A stretch of 64,000 bases of DNA from Callorhinchus milii (Eukaryota): contig NW_024704743.1 of NCBI RefSeq assembly GCF_018977255.1, forward strand, positions 92,878,001 through 92,942,000, written 5' to 3'. The position numbers and the translations under genes are program-made. Positions within the stretch are counted from its first letter, which is position 1, and every line of letters begins with the position of its first letter. Below are positions 37,880-50,850 of the stretch, piece by piece. Under the pieces are notes generated by a model. It saw only the letters and a list, made by a program, of their open reading frames with translations, did not search any database and was not told the origin of the DNA.

Positions 37880-38360
37880 TAAAATAATAAATCCTTGCAT
37901 TTGGTATAGCAACTTTCACATCAGAAGAACATGTCCAAGTGCATCAGAGTGGAATTTAAAGTGGAATGAAATGATTGTGTATTTTGTAGCCAAGCACAGC
38001 AGCCAATTTGCACACACCAATGGAACACTGGGTGAAACTTCCTAATCTTTTTGAATAGTAGTATGGGATTTTTAACATCCACCTGAACACAACAACAACA
38101 ACAAAATTACATTTACAGAGTGCCTTTCATGTCGGGAGGATGTCCCAAAGCCCTGGACAGTCAGGGGTCAGCAGAACACAGAACACATAGACAGAACATC
38201 AGTTTAACATCTCATCCGAAGAATGGCACCTCCATCATTGCAGCACACCGCCAGCAATGAATGTATTGTAGTGTCAGCTTAACTGTATGAGTTCAAAGTC
38301 CCAAAGCGGAACTTGAATTCACAACCTCCTGACACAGGGCCACCAAGTGAATGACTGACA
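37880..38360 (-). mobile_element. Deu-domain SINE with nested L2 tail (38090-38170)
   Basis: ttaacatctcatccgaagaatggcacctcc Deu motif; (CAA)n L2 tail flanked by gaacaca. Confidence 0.78.
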
Positions 38361-39963
38361 CTTTCCTAGAGCGGATGTGGATGTTACGGATTCTACCATC
38401 TTTAAATAAAATTAAATTCAGATACAATATATTGGGAGGGAAACATTTGATAATGGTCACAAGGTCAGAAAGTGCTGTTGTTCTGTGTTCCAGTAGCAAC
38501 AATAGGATTAGATTTGAATGCTCCCCGAAGTCTGGAGATGGGTTTCTCTCCAACCTGTTCATGTTTAATTTTAACATAGTGGGTGATTTATTTGTATGTC
38601 TAACTGCTAGTTATGATTTCAACTTAAAATTGGTATTTTACAAAATTTTGAAAAAGATTTGAAATTTGTGGTTGACAGGTCTTGAACTTGGTCTCTGAAG
38701 ACATGCCATTCATGCTTGTTTGTTTTTAAAGATATAAAATGAAGTTTAAAATCAATGCGAGATGCTAGGGATGAAAAAATAAATTGCCGAACTGTTATAA
38801 TCAAACATTGGCATGATTCAATTTTGAATGGGCTGGAGGGAGACACCATTCTCTAGACATTAGGGCCTATATTATTCTAAATTTGCTGTTATTTTCTATC
38901 CTTCGCATAAATTCTCCCCCCACCCCCATGAGTTGCGTTTGCATTGGTATTAGGAGACATATATTACCACCACAAAGTACATCCTCCTGTAACTTGTACT
39001 ACCCAACAGTACAAGTAAGGTTTAGCTGCCACTCTTTTACAAGCCATTTGTTCTGGTTGTGTACAATGAGAATGTCTGCTAGTGTAGGTATCTTTGTTGT
39101 ACTATTCACTATTACAGCCTGTTCTCTATAGCTGTGGCTACAACCACAGCCCAGAAGAATGATGGTCTGTTGTGATCAAGTGAAGCCAGTGAATCTTTTG
39201 TGACCTGCCCTATCATTATTGCTTTAATCCACATGCATCTTATTTCACAGCTTTTTCATCGATCCTCTCCAGTTGGTTTAAGTTTCCACTGAGTTACTGC
39301 TACCGGAGTTGCTGATGCGATTTACGTTACAGAAATTCCCTATTTTTCAGCAATTCCCCTGTTGTTGCAACCTCTTGTTCATTTAAGATACTTCTAGATA
39401 CACTGTAATTTGCTTCCGTTTCAATGACCACCATTTCATTACCAGGACATTATCCATAAGATCGCTTGTATCACGTTGCACCGAAATGATTTTTAATTTC
39501 AGCATGCATTTGAATGATTCAATGATGACAGTGTGCATTTCTTTTTATTCTACGAATGCATCTGCAGTGCTTTCAGCATAATGCTTTTACTGGGTGAATT
39601 TTATATTCTGCTCTAAGGCCTCAACATTACTCATATTACTTGTGTTAGAATATCCACTTTTTGTGTACTGCTTGAATCATAATAGATGTTGTGAATGGGT
39701 TAACTTTTAAGTTAAGTGTGGGGGACAACTGGACTGACAGTCATGGTATAGGACTCATCTGGTTTTCTCTGTTTTTGAAAGAATAAAGGACAGGGGCAGG
39801 GGGTCACCTCTTATCAGTAAATGACAACAAGCCCACAGAGGTAATGGTCCAAGGTACCAGTCGACACAGGATCTCGACTGAGCAATAAGTCGCTAGATTC
39901 TGACAGGGCCAACCGACAGAAGGCAACCCTCAAGAATAGCAATTAATGAGCAAGTTGCTTAAA

Positions 39964-40110
39964 CTAGAGGGCCTTGGTCATAATCCAACTGTAACTTTTC
40001 TTCCCTTTTTTGGGATGGGCTGACCTGTCTGCCCAAAGGATCCAATATGGAATGTAGGTTGAGATACAGACACACACACAGACAGACATTTCATCTTTAT
40101 CTATACTTAT
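39964..40110 (-). mobile_element. Small non-autonomous Helitron-like element
   Basis: Minus strand: ...TATAGATAAAGATGAAATGTCTGTCTG(TG)n ... TTGGATTATGACCAA hairpin, GGCCCT, CTAG followed by T. Confidence 0.4.
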
Positions 40111-41246
40111 CTGGGAGGACTCAGGTGGAGGACATAGTGAGAAGAATCGGCACTTTAAAAATGTAAAGGTGTTGTTGCCACAGCTTAGCTTTGTCTGTGT
40201 TCTTTATTTTGTTTCCTCCACTTGCCTATGTACGTGCTTGTGACGCACGATGCCACAGCGTTACTTTGACTTGGCGGCCACCAAAAAAGCAAAACTGAAA
40301 ATACCTCATGAACCACAGGAGATACCTGAAAACAAATATTCCCATGTTACTCCTAGTGCAAGACCTTTTCAATGAGGTATAAATTGTGCCTCTAGGTCAA
40401 TCGTCTATTGAGATTCTTCTTGAAGTGCAGACAGACATTGTTGTTTTATTAATATATAAAGAAGATAATAATAATTATTATTATTAATATAATTATTATT
40501 ATTATAAAGAAGATAAAAGAAGGTCAAGACTACTACCAATAATAATTACATTACTTGCATGTAATATGGTGCCTTTCGTGTTGGGAAGACATTTCAAAGT
40601 GACTTACTGTAAAGTGTAGTAACTGCTTATTTTGTAGCAGTCATTTTCACTGTACTTTTCACTGTTTGTTCATTTCAAGCATTAGTTAAAATAGAAAACA
40701 TAATTCTTGGTGTCCTCAATATGCTTTCTATAAATATAAGTACAATTAACTCATTAGTTAACATATATTTTTACACATTCTAATCATAAATTTGCTGTTT
40801 GTTTTGCAATGTCCAATGACCGGAATCATATCTGTTCCATTCTAAGATTAGTCTGTGAAGGTATCAGGGCCTCATGCCAGGGAATTTGTGTGAAAGACAC
40901 TGCATATAGAGAATCCTATTTATTTCAATTCTTAACAGCAACAACTATTTGAATTACTGTCTTGATTTGCATTCCAAGAAGTTGCATTGATGCTTTCAGA
41001 AAAAAGACTCTCCATTGCCAGGTTAACCACAATGTACACTATTTATAGAATGGGCAGCCATCAGGCTGTGAAATGCAGGTTTTAAATGTACATTTTAGTG
41101 CCCGAATATCAACATTGGAAACTTGACAAATCCTCACAGTATTGCAGTCTATGTGAAGTAGGTCGTGTTTCGATTAGGTTCCCTATAGAAATCCCATTGC
41201 GGCTTTGCTCTGCTGTGGAATACTGATATGCACTGCAGCATACCTT

Positions 41247-41435
41247 AAACAACAACAACAACAACAAGATTCCATTTATAGAGCGCCTTTCACGTCGGGA
41301 GGACGTCCCAAGGCTCTGTACAGTTGGGTCAGGACCCGAGTAAGGGGGGAAATGGTCAGGGTGAGGGGAGAGAAGGGAGGGAGTGAGGAGGGGGTAGGGA
41401 GTCGAGAGGGGAGCTGAAGGCACGGTCAAAGAGAA
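41247..41435 (-). mobile_element. Young L2 3' end
   Basis: Near-identical to 2505-2690; (CAA)n tail. Confidence 0.9.
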
Positions 41436-41749
41436 AAAGTTAAAGATTCTTTTCGCTTAGAAAACCGTACTCTTGTCTGCATACTTTGTTTATGCATTCA
41501 TAAATACATAGATATATAGGGTCAAAATTCCATTCACTACTTAGTAAACGTGAATTTAAATCGCTCACGTTATTTGGGGGAGTGTATTATTAAGCTCTAG
41601 TGGCTAAGTTTACATACAATTCCTATGAAGTTTTTGCATTGGGAATTGGAAATTGTCGCAATTCCGTTACATGAACATAGTAGCCATAAAGTAGTCTGGA
41701 TGGGGCTATCAAATTTTTATTTGTGCTAATGCCTTCTTGAAATCGCTTC

Positions 41750-42160
41750 ATCTCACCCCGTCCCTCCTCACATTTATAGCACACCTTTAAGACCTTCCTC
41801 CCCTCTTCCTCAAGGTCCTCGTTCTATCCTTTAAAATCCCTCCACTGTATTGCCCTATTTGATCCTTGCTACCTCTTTCAACCCTATTGACCCAGTCCCT
41901 TCCTTCACTCAGTGAGTACCTGCCAGCTTTATGTCCTCCGCCCTATCCACCCTACCACCACCAGCCATTTCCCCGCTCATTGTCTCCCTCAACTCTTTCA
42001 ATACATGTCTCAAAATGTACCTCTTTGACCTCAGTTTCAGCATCTTTTGTCTCTACAAATCCCTCTGCTCCCACCCCCAGCTCAGGTGTCTAGCCAGCAT
42101 TGTGAATAGCTTTGGGATGTCTTCCCGACGTGAAAGCCATTAAATAATTTTAAGCTGTAC
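41750..42160 (+). mobile_element. Old L2 3' fragment
   Basis: ctcaaggtcctcgttctatcctttaaaatccctcc..ctcaaaatgtacctctttgac..gctttgggatgtcttcccgacgtgaaag. Confidence 0.7.
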
Positions 42161-43561
42161 TGTATTGTGTAATATGAATGAATAACATGCATTTTTTCTG
42201 CACTTTTTCATTTTTTGTCATACAATACATGTTCAAATATCAACTCTAAAAACTTTAGACCACAGAATGTCATGCCTCTAGTAACATTGTTTTAATATGC
42301 TGCCCTTGTGTTTATTATGGATAGAGACTGATAGGCTGCTTTTCACATATACTCCTACTCCTCAGTGATCTGTCTGTTTAAGTCAGCTTCCCAATCCGAT
42401 CAAAGAGCTAAAGTAACATATTTAATCATCCTGAAAAATGAGTTATAACAAATATCAACCAAATGGCTTTACCAAAATGAATTAAAGGTCTCCAGTGCAG
42501 TGAATGTTTGGAATATGCTGTTTCGATTTGCATGAAAGTATCTTATTTAGATTTTTTTCTGTAACTGATGTGTTAGATTAAACTTAATCTGTCTGTTGAA
42601 AGTATTTGAGAATACCAATTTCAAATGCATTCTTATGTTTTAATTGGTGCTTCATTGCAGTGCTCAAAACAAAGCTGCTCATGGGACTGCTGTTTCAAAT
42701 TGAAAGTAATCAGCTTCCTTCCAAGAATCAATAGTTTCTGGTGCAAAATGCAGGTACAAACCAGTATAAATCGGACAACCTAAGTGAATACTAAATAAAA
42801 CGGTAGGAATTCCAGGGAAAAAACATAAATACAGCTTGCTTTAATGATCACACATTTTTAATGCAGATTTTTGTGTAAATTTGATGTAAATTTCTGGCAT
42901 TGTTCTACAGTTACCTAAGGAGGTTGAAAACAAAATCATTGGGGAACATGAGGTTTTCAAGGCTCCTCAACTACCTTGTGAACCCCAATAAGTGTTACAG
43001 AAACATCAAGCAGCTCTTTGCACAACCCTTTTATGAGGTGATTGATATGTTCATTTAAAGAAAGGAAGGCACTGGCCATTTTCTGACAGACATTTTGTTG
43101 TGTGATCAAAGTAAAAACTTAACAGGATGCCTTTGTGAAATGTGTGCTCTTACTTGCAATCGGTTCCTTACACATTTTACTTTCACTATGTCCAAGGAAT
43201 CATCAATACATTGAACACAAATACTGATCAGCTTCTGCTTACTTACAGGAAGAAACAAATAACTTATTAACCTAGAAAGGCACTTAATCCTACTTCGTGA
43301 GCAAACTATCACTGAAGCGTGCATTAAGATTCTCAATTATTTGATGTTATATTCCTCCAAAAGCCTTAAATAATTGAACAATCCATTATGACCACAAATA
43401 AAATAACTATTAATAAAAGACTCAAAAGAACAAAAGCATAACAAACCTATAATATATAACCTTCTCACAGTCAGATTAATAGACTTAATGAAAAAGAAGT
43501 TAATGGAGAATACGTACAGAAGTGCCAGGTTAACCACAATGTACACTAAAAGTCCAGATTA

Positions 43562-43590
43562 GGGAGGTGGGGGTGGGGGGAGGGGGGTGG
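43562..43590 (+). other. G-quadruplex-forming motif
   Basis: GGGAGGTGGGGGTGGGGGGAGGGGGGTGG: four G-runs of 3 or more with short loops. Confidence 0.75.
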
Positions 43591-45212
43591 TTTAAGCAAA
43601 GTTTTGCTTTCATTTGTTGGCAGATTTTCAGGGTAAAGTTGATCATATTATTCAAAAAGCCTTCTTTCAGTTGAAGAATGTTTTGTGAGGATGAGTTAGT
43701 CACTGTGAAAGATTTCTCTTGGTGGGTGATTGATGGAAAGGCATTCTAACCAATAACAGAGAGGTTCCACCAAAACTTTTACAATAGTGCTCTGCTCCAA
43801 AACCATGTATCCTCACATTTCATCATGATTACAAGTTACGCCAAACTAAACTATTTACTAACGTTCCCCAAAATATGACAAAGGAAAAAGAGGAAACAAG
43901 AAATTATAACCTTACAGGAAAGCTTTGAAAAACAGACAATATAACAGGTTTTGAAGTCTTGTTTTTTTAGTTGTGAATAAAAAACTAAGTCATAAATCAG
44001 ATTATGTGACACACAAAAGTTCTAGGAACAGTTTACATTGTCGCTGGCATGAAGGACTTTAAATGTATGCATTCGGTCTGATGAAGGCAGTAACTTGTCA
44101 GATTGGCTAGAACTCGACATGACAAGGAACTCTAAACAGGGAATCAGTGAGGGCTTCTTCAATCAGGATATGTGCAATGTTTCTTAGCAATTCTTTACTG
44201 GTGACCACTTGGGATTCCTTTTTTCTTCTTCAAAGAATGCTGCAATGTACATTGCTTTCACAGTGTTAGATAAAGGCATTTCCACATACTGCTTCCCTTC
44301 AACTTGCTCCCATCTGTGCCCATCATCACTGGCACTGTTGAAGGAGGGTAAGTGGTCATTTGATAAGTTGAAGTATTTACTTTAATAAGGGATCGTATTG
44401 GTGTATTGAAGGAGAAAGAAGCCGTTCCAATAACAATCTGCCTCAAAAAGGGTGATGCTTGCAGGATCAATGAAAAAGTGACTTGGCTCATGCAGGAAAG
44501 TGGACATTTGCAGATGGAATATCTTGCACAGCCAATAGAAGAAGAGGTACATGCAAACTCATGCTACATGCCCAGCACATCACCAGGATTAGAAACTGGA
44601 ATTGCTTAATATTGATGAGTTGTCATGTTATTCTGTACATGTTCAACAAAATGCTCAAGTAGCTTTTCAGATCCTAACATTGTTTATAATATTCAGCAAT
44701 CCCAGCCAAAATGTCAACAAAAAATACGCAAGCACTACACTTCAAAGTAAGCCCTGCAAAGCGCTTTGAGACATATTCCTGACATAAAATGGGATATAAA
44801 AAATACAAATCCTATTAATAACCAAAACTAAATTGTGCTTTCTTATAGTTCAGCACCAGTGGAAGTTAAAGAAAATATACCTTTTTAAAATCGTTTCAAC
44901 ATTTTTTGTGGAAAATAATATGCATTTTAGTGCTCACACCTTTTAAAGTAAAAAGATGCTTAAAGCAATGCAAGCACATAATCTTGTCATCTGTAATAAT
45001 AACATAGGAATGAAAAAATAAATTCCAGAAGGACTTTAGAAAAAACATGAAATTATAGACCCCCTTCATTTTTTCTTAAATAAAGAGGTGTTGTATGAAA
45101 AGAAAGAGCATGATTAAGATAGTTTATTTTACAATCCAGCATAATTTGATGAATGTTACAAGAAGAAAGTACAAAATGCTCAAATTGCACATCAGGTCAA
45201 TCAATTCTGGGA

Positions 45213-45440
45213 AACAACAACAACAAAATTACATTTGTATAGCGCCTTTCATGTCGGGAGGACGTCGCAAGGCGCGGGACAATCGGTGTTTTGGATCCGA
45301 GCTGGGGGTTGGGATCAGAGAGGGTGAAGGGCAGGGGGGAAGGCGGGTGATCGAAGGCTCGGTCGAAGGGGAGGATCTTGAAATGGGTCTTGAAGGAGGC
45401 AAGGGAGGGGCGAGGTGTAGGGACTCTGGGATAGAGTTCT
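45213..45440 (-). mobile_element. L2 3' end
   Basis: (CAA)n tail; SFKTHFKILPFDRAF in ORF 45197..45508. Confidence 0.88.
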
Positions 45441-46722
45441 AGAGGGTTGGTTCCAGAGGGTGAAGCTGGGAAGCAACAACTCATTCCAGGAAACAAAGGC
45501 AGTTTCACTGTTTATGTGTTACCCATCATCAGACCTCTATTTCTATTTGTAGGGGGCAGACACAATCAGTTTCTGTATGTGTCATACACCCTGCTGATCA
45601 AAAAAAAACTCCAGTTTTAATGAAGGTTCAAACCGAAAATATTTGACTTTCAGATCGTGATGTGTCTGTGTGCTGCATTTCCGTTTCCAACAATTTCTGC
45701 TTTTATTTCAGGATTCCACTAATCACATTTCCTCTTTATTTAATTATTAGGGAGGTTTATGCAAAGTAAGAGACTCATTTCGTGTATAAAGTTAAATGTG
45801 TCATCTTTTAAATTCCAAATGCTGATTGAATAAAAAAAACTTCAATATGAAATCGTAACCATCAGTATCTTTCTAATTAACAGTTACACGATTTTCAAAT
45901 GAGGTTCCCGAATAGAAAATTAATCACCTGAAAATAAATGAAAACAACAGCGATGGTGTATCGTTGCATTTTTCATGTCATTAAAAGGCCGTAAGCCACA
46001 TGGACAGCAATCACAATTGTTATATTATAATATTATAATATTGTATATTATATACAGATTTCATTTTTACTTCCAATTCATCATCCCGTTGTTTGATTGT
46101 ATTTTAACTTCTGCTTGTGATTCAGGTGGATGTAAAGAGATCGTCCACCGTTATTATTACAATAATAACACCTTGCGCGTATATAGTGCCCTTAACATGG
46201 GGTAACATATTGGAGTTTTTAACAATGGCAGAATATGTCGCCGAGCCATGGAGGAATGGTAGGTGACTGGAGGCATGGTCAAAGATGAAAGTCTTCATAT
46301 GCGATTGTTTATGGAACATTATTGGTGCAGATTATCTGCCGTGTTTGCTGACATACCAATATTCGTATTTGCATATTAATTTATAACAAAACAATGATTT
46401 TGTAAAACACTTTGAGAGTTTTTTTATGTGAAAGGTGGTATGTGAATGCAACGTACTATTATGTGATAATTATTACCAATGATGATTATCAAAAGTGATG
46501 ATTATCAAATCTGCTGTCAAATTTTTCTACCTAAAGTTATATAAAGGATAAAGCGAAGGTAAATAAGAGATAACATGAGGATTCCATTCTGCATTAAATA
46601 TTACAGCATCCAAAACAGCCCTTGGATATATAACAGTCTTAGGATATATGTGTGTATGTGTGTCTGTGTGTGTATGTTGAAGAAGTGAATTCTCTGACAA
46701 TCACTTAATTCCTTATCTTTAG

Positions 46723-46797
46723 GCTTTCTCCTCAGCATTGTCAGCACTACTTGAAGAATCCAGTCATACTATCCCTGACTGCATGTTGCCCTACCTG
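46723..46797 (+). other. Candidate 75-nt internal exon, unknown gene
   Basis: cacttaat branch-like site, ttccttatctttag acceptor, CTG|gtaagg donor; phase-0 frame AFSSALSALLEESSHTIPDCMLPYL; no homology recognised. Confidence 0.25.
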
Positions 46798-48002
46798 GTA
46801 AGGAGGTGTTTTTCACCTGTCAAACTGAGAAGCTTAGTTTTCAGCGCATTTCCTTGAGGGAGTAATTATTTCTGCTAAGCATTTAAAAGCCTCTTAATAT
46901 AAATTGATACTATTATCTCCAGTATAATCCTCATGTAATGTTTTACTACAATGCACATATCTTCTGCTGACATGCCCTTTCAGATGAGCTTTGCTTTAGT
47001 GTTTACCCACTTGTCGGTGAATCCACCGTTTTTAATTAATTAAAGGCTTGCAAGATGTGAATGATTTAGTTATTTTAGTATATTGTCAACACTGTTATGG
47101 GTCTAATAGAATTTATATAAAATATTAATCTTTAGAGAATATTTTCTGGACGCTGACATAATTTTAAAAAATTACAAAAAATATTTTTCTTAAAATAAAT
47201 TTTAAATCACAAAACATATGTGTATTTTAACAAAATAGTGATAATCAGATTAATGATGCCTTAGTGACTTGCTGTGTCTGCTATATTGTAGAAATAAATT
47301 CAACTGTAATTTGCTTGAAATTCCTTAGAGTTCCAGTAATTTCATAAGTAAATCTTGTTTGTCAAAGAAAGTTACAGTCTTCTGAAATTAAAGTAAAGGT
47401 CCAGCATTCATTCCTCTCTATGCTAAATCTGGGGAGAAAATGAATTAACTTATTGTTTGTAATGAAAAGTTAACAAATCACATAAACCTGGCAGTCTTAA
47501 ATGCTGTTGGGATGAAATGCAATTGTTTTGATATTAATAAAAATGGAACAGCCATTGACAAGTACAAGAGTTAAATGTTAATTAACTATTCATTAATTAA
47601 TTGGAATTGAGGTACAGATCAGCCATGATCTGATAGAATAGTAGAACAGGCTTGTCGGGCTGAATAACCTATTGCTGTTCAAGCTTCTCAAACAGCTAAC
47701 AAACCAACTGAGCATTCTCAAATAGCAAATTCTCCCCAATAATTTTTTGGGGGGATTTTGACCTCTTGAAATTTGCAATTCGCTATTTTGAGAATCTCAC
47801 AATCTATACTGGCTTATCAGAAGTCACAATTAGCAACTTCACTTCTGGTGAATGTCACAATAGCAAACCCAATAAATGTGAAGATAGCAGGAGTATGAAA
47901 ATTACAACATACTCACCAAGAGGAGAGTGAAGATATCACAGAAAGAATATTGAATGAAAACATGTCTAAACCACCAGTCTGAATGTTCAAAGGTAAACCT
48001 AA

Positions 48003-48237
48003 TATAATAATAATAATCTTTGCATTTGATATAGCACTTTTCATGTCTTCTAAACATCTCAAAACACTTCACTGAATGTACGGTAAAGTGAATTGACTGC
48101 ATATTTGTGAGCAAAAACAGTAGCCAATTGCACACAACAGTGTCCCACAACCAGTCGTGGATTGAGTGACCAAATTATTACTTTTTTTTTGAGAGATTAT
48201 TATCCCCAGAAAAGCGATCCGCCAATCGACTAACAAC
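48003..48237 (-). mobile_element. tRNA-SINE 3' two-thirds (long subfamily)
   Basis: Reverse complement of ttgttagtcgattggcggatcgcttttctgggg..tail. Confidence 0.88.
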
Positions 48238-49856
48238 CTTCTATTTGAAATAGCCCCTTATCATTCCATTGAAATGTCTCGAAGTGCTTCACAGGATATA
48301 CAGTAAAGTGAGGTGACTGTACATTTTGTGGGTAAACGTGGCAATCAATATGTGCACAAAACTTTCCCACAAAAGACCCATGAAGTGAATGACCAATCTC
48401 TCAAAACACTTGACAGAATTTTCTGTCACGTGATGTAAATATGTGTTTTTTGTGGGGTGCACTAGTGTACAACAGAAGGCCACAGAGAGAAATATGTGCT
48501 CCCTTCCCCATGAACATCTGATCAATTTATGTTACTTGAGGAGGGAAAGCAAGGATCTGTTCAGAGTGGGAGGTGAGGTGATAGAACAAGGAGTAGTTAA
48601 TTAATGTGGGCCTGCAGCCTGCATTATGACCCCCCCCTCCTTTGTGACAGATGTGGGGATGTTTATTGAGACATTTATTGGTCATAATTTTCAAGGATGT
48701 GTTAATTAATATATCACTGGTTGCAATTTTCATCCTGTTATTACATTGCTGCAGTTGTATCAGGGCAGTATAACAGAGCAAGGCAGTGCTCACTTAGATA
48801 TGTGTGCATATGTACTGATGGTGTACCATCTGTTCTTTACAGAAGGAGGAGAAGCCAAGAGAATTTATGTTGCAGTATAGGAGCAGTGTCACTTAAGCAT
48901 CAGCATTCACTATCCCTGCACAAACTAAATACCAGAAAATGTGATATGGGAGGCAGCACAAGGTGGGGAATGAGTAGCAATGGTGGTGGGATTTATCAGT
49001 TACAAACTATGACAGGATTGAGGCCCAGTGGATTGTAGACCTTACTCAGCTGGGTGGAAATATAGATGTAGACAAGAATCAGAATAACAGAGAGCATGAT
49101 GAGAGAATCGGACTGGTGAAGATAGTAAAAATGAAAGAGAAGGATGATATTATGAAGGGATTTGTAAAATTCAATAATGCTTTCATAAATTTTTTTTAAA
49201 AAAGACTTAACAAACCAAAATGGTCTTTATCTTTATATTTTGATGAAGATTTTAACATTGGTTTCTGAAGGGACAATAGGACTGTCCATTGGCTCAAGCT
49301 TCAATATTTTTTCACTATTTCCACACAAAACATTTTCTCCAAAATTTGCAAGCACAGTACTGTGAGGCTCTATTATTCTGATTATTTGTATTAAACAATT
49401 TGTTTAATACAACTAAACGTTTTCACTCAGTAAAGGTCTATAGGATCTTAATTATTATTTTAAATAACGGTAAGCAAAACAAGGGATTCCTTGCCTTAAT
49501 GAATGTATGTTCTGTTTTTGGAGCTGAAATTAATGAGAGAGTCTGAAAAAAATAAAGGGCAGCTAGCTTTGTTTAGACTAAGAACAATATTATACATCAG
49601 GTATGTTTGTGAAAGGGAAGCAGAATTTGCCAGGAGGATGAGATTCACCTTTAGAGTTCTGGTCCTTTGGTGCCAATGCCATGGACTACTTGCTGTTTCA
49701 CATATACTGTTACAGTTTCAGTTGAATGCACTTGATTAAAGAAACACTGAAGATTCCACACAACAGATTGACATACAATGACAGTCAATCCTCCTGTGAT
49801 TCGCCTTCCAAACTACCTCAAACGTGTCACTTCACACCCCAATATCCTTCATCCTG

Positions 49857-50162
49857 CCTCAGGCGCTGGCAGCATCAGCATCCATGGCTGCACACTCAAC
49901 CTCACTAAGCCAGTCAGGAACCTGGGTGTCTTGTTTGACCCTGAATGGTTCTTTCTCCCCCAATCCGTGCCATAACCGGCACTGCCTACCACCACCTCCG
50001 CAACTTCTCTTCGATCGTGCCTTTGGTCGCCCTCCCACCTCTCTGCCTTCCCACACCCCAACCCTACTCCATGCTCGGGTCCTGACCCCTGACTGTCCAG
50101 TGCCTTGGGATGTCCTCCCGACCTGAAAGGCGCTCTATAAATGTAATTTTGTTGCTGTTGTT
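49857..50162 (+). mobile_element. 5'-truncated, internally deleted L2
   Basis: Matches 19056-19204, then jumps to the equivalent of about 19691 onward; (TTG)n tail. Confidence 0.9.
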
Positions 50163-50544
50163 ATATCATAGCTTGATATGTTCTGAGGTCCTATCTCAAG
50201 ATTGTGAGAGGATTATAGGCTGCAATAGATTCCTGGTTTTCAGGTAATCAACAAACTGATGAGTATCTTTTTGTGGCGCATGCCATCATTTGAGCCTCTT
50301 GACTGGATTACTTCCTTATAATCCATGAACCTATGGCCAGGCACACAATATACCCTGTAGTTCTGAGGTCAGCAATGATTTTGAGGAATTAAAGTAATTG
50401 CAAATTTTAAACAAAAATTGTAAGTAGCTCTGATTATGATATTCATTTTGGGTTCCTTCTGTCTTTGATTCAGGTTGTTGCAAAAGAATTGTCCTGCTAT
50501 CACTAAGAAATGTGGATTCTGTCTCCAGGTCATTCTGATTTAGG

Positions 50545-50850
50545 GTGTCATCCAGGCTCAATTGGTAGTGCTCCCTCCTCTGAGTAAAGCAAATATCAGG
50601 ATACCAAGCTCACAATCTAGGCTAGCACATCAATGTTGAGAAGTAATGTATTGTTTGAGATGCAATTCTTCGGATGAGATATTAAACCAAAAGTTCATTC
50701 ATTTCATGGTTGTTTGTGGGACATTGCTGCGCACAAAATGGCTGCTGTGCTCACCTACAAATACACAGTCATTACACTTTATAAAAATCTCTGTGAAGTG
50801 CTTTGAGAAATTTTGGTGTGATAAATGATATCAATTTAAAGCATTATTAT
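50545..50850 (+). mobile_element. Degenerate Deu-domain SINE
   Basis: aggctcaattggtagtgctc head, cttcggatgagatattaaacc, tgtgggacattgctgcgcacaaaatggctgc. Confidence 0.7.

Noticed and set aside
39858..39880. Hairpin CAGTCGA..TCGACTG
   Set aside because: Only a 7-bp stem, next to what looks like a decayed CR1 endonuclease fragment; chance level.
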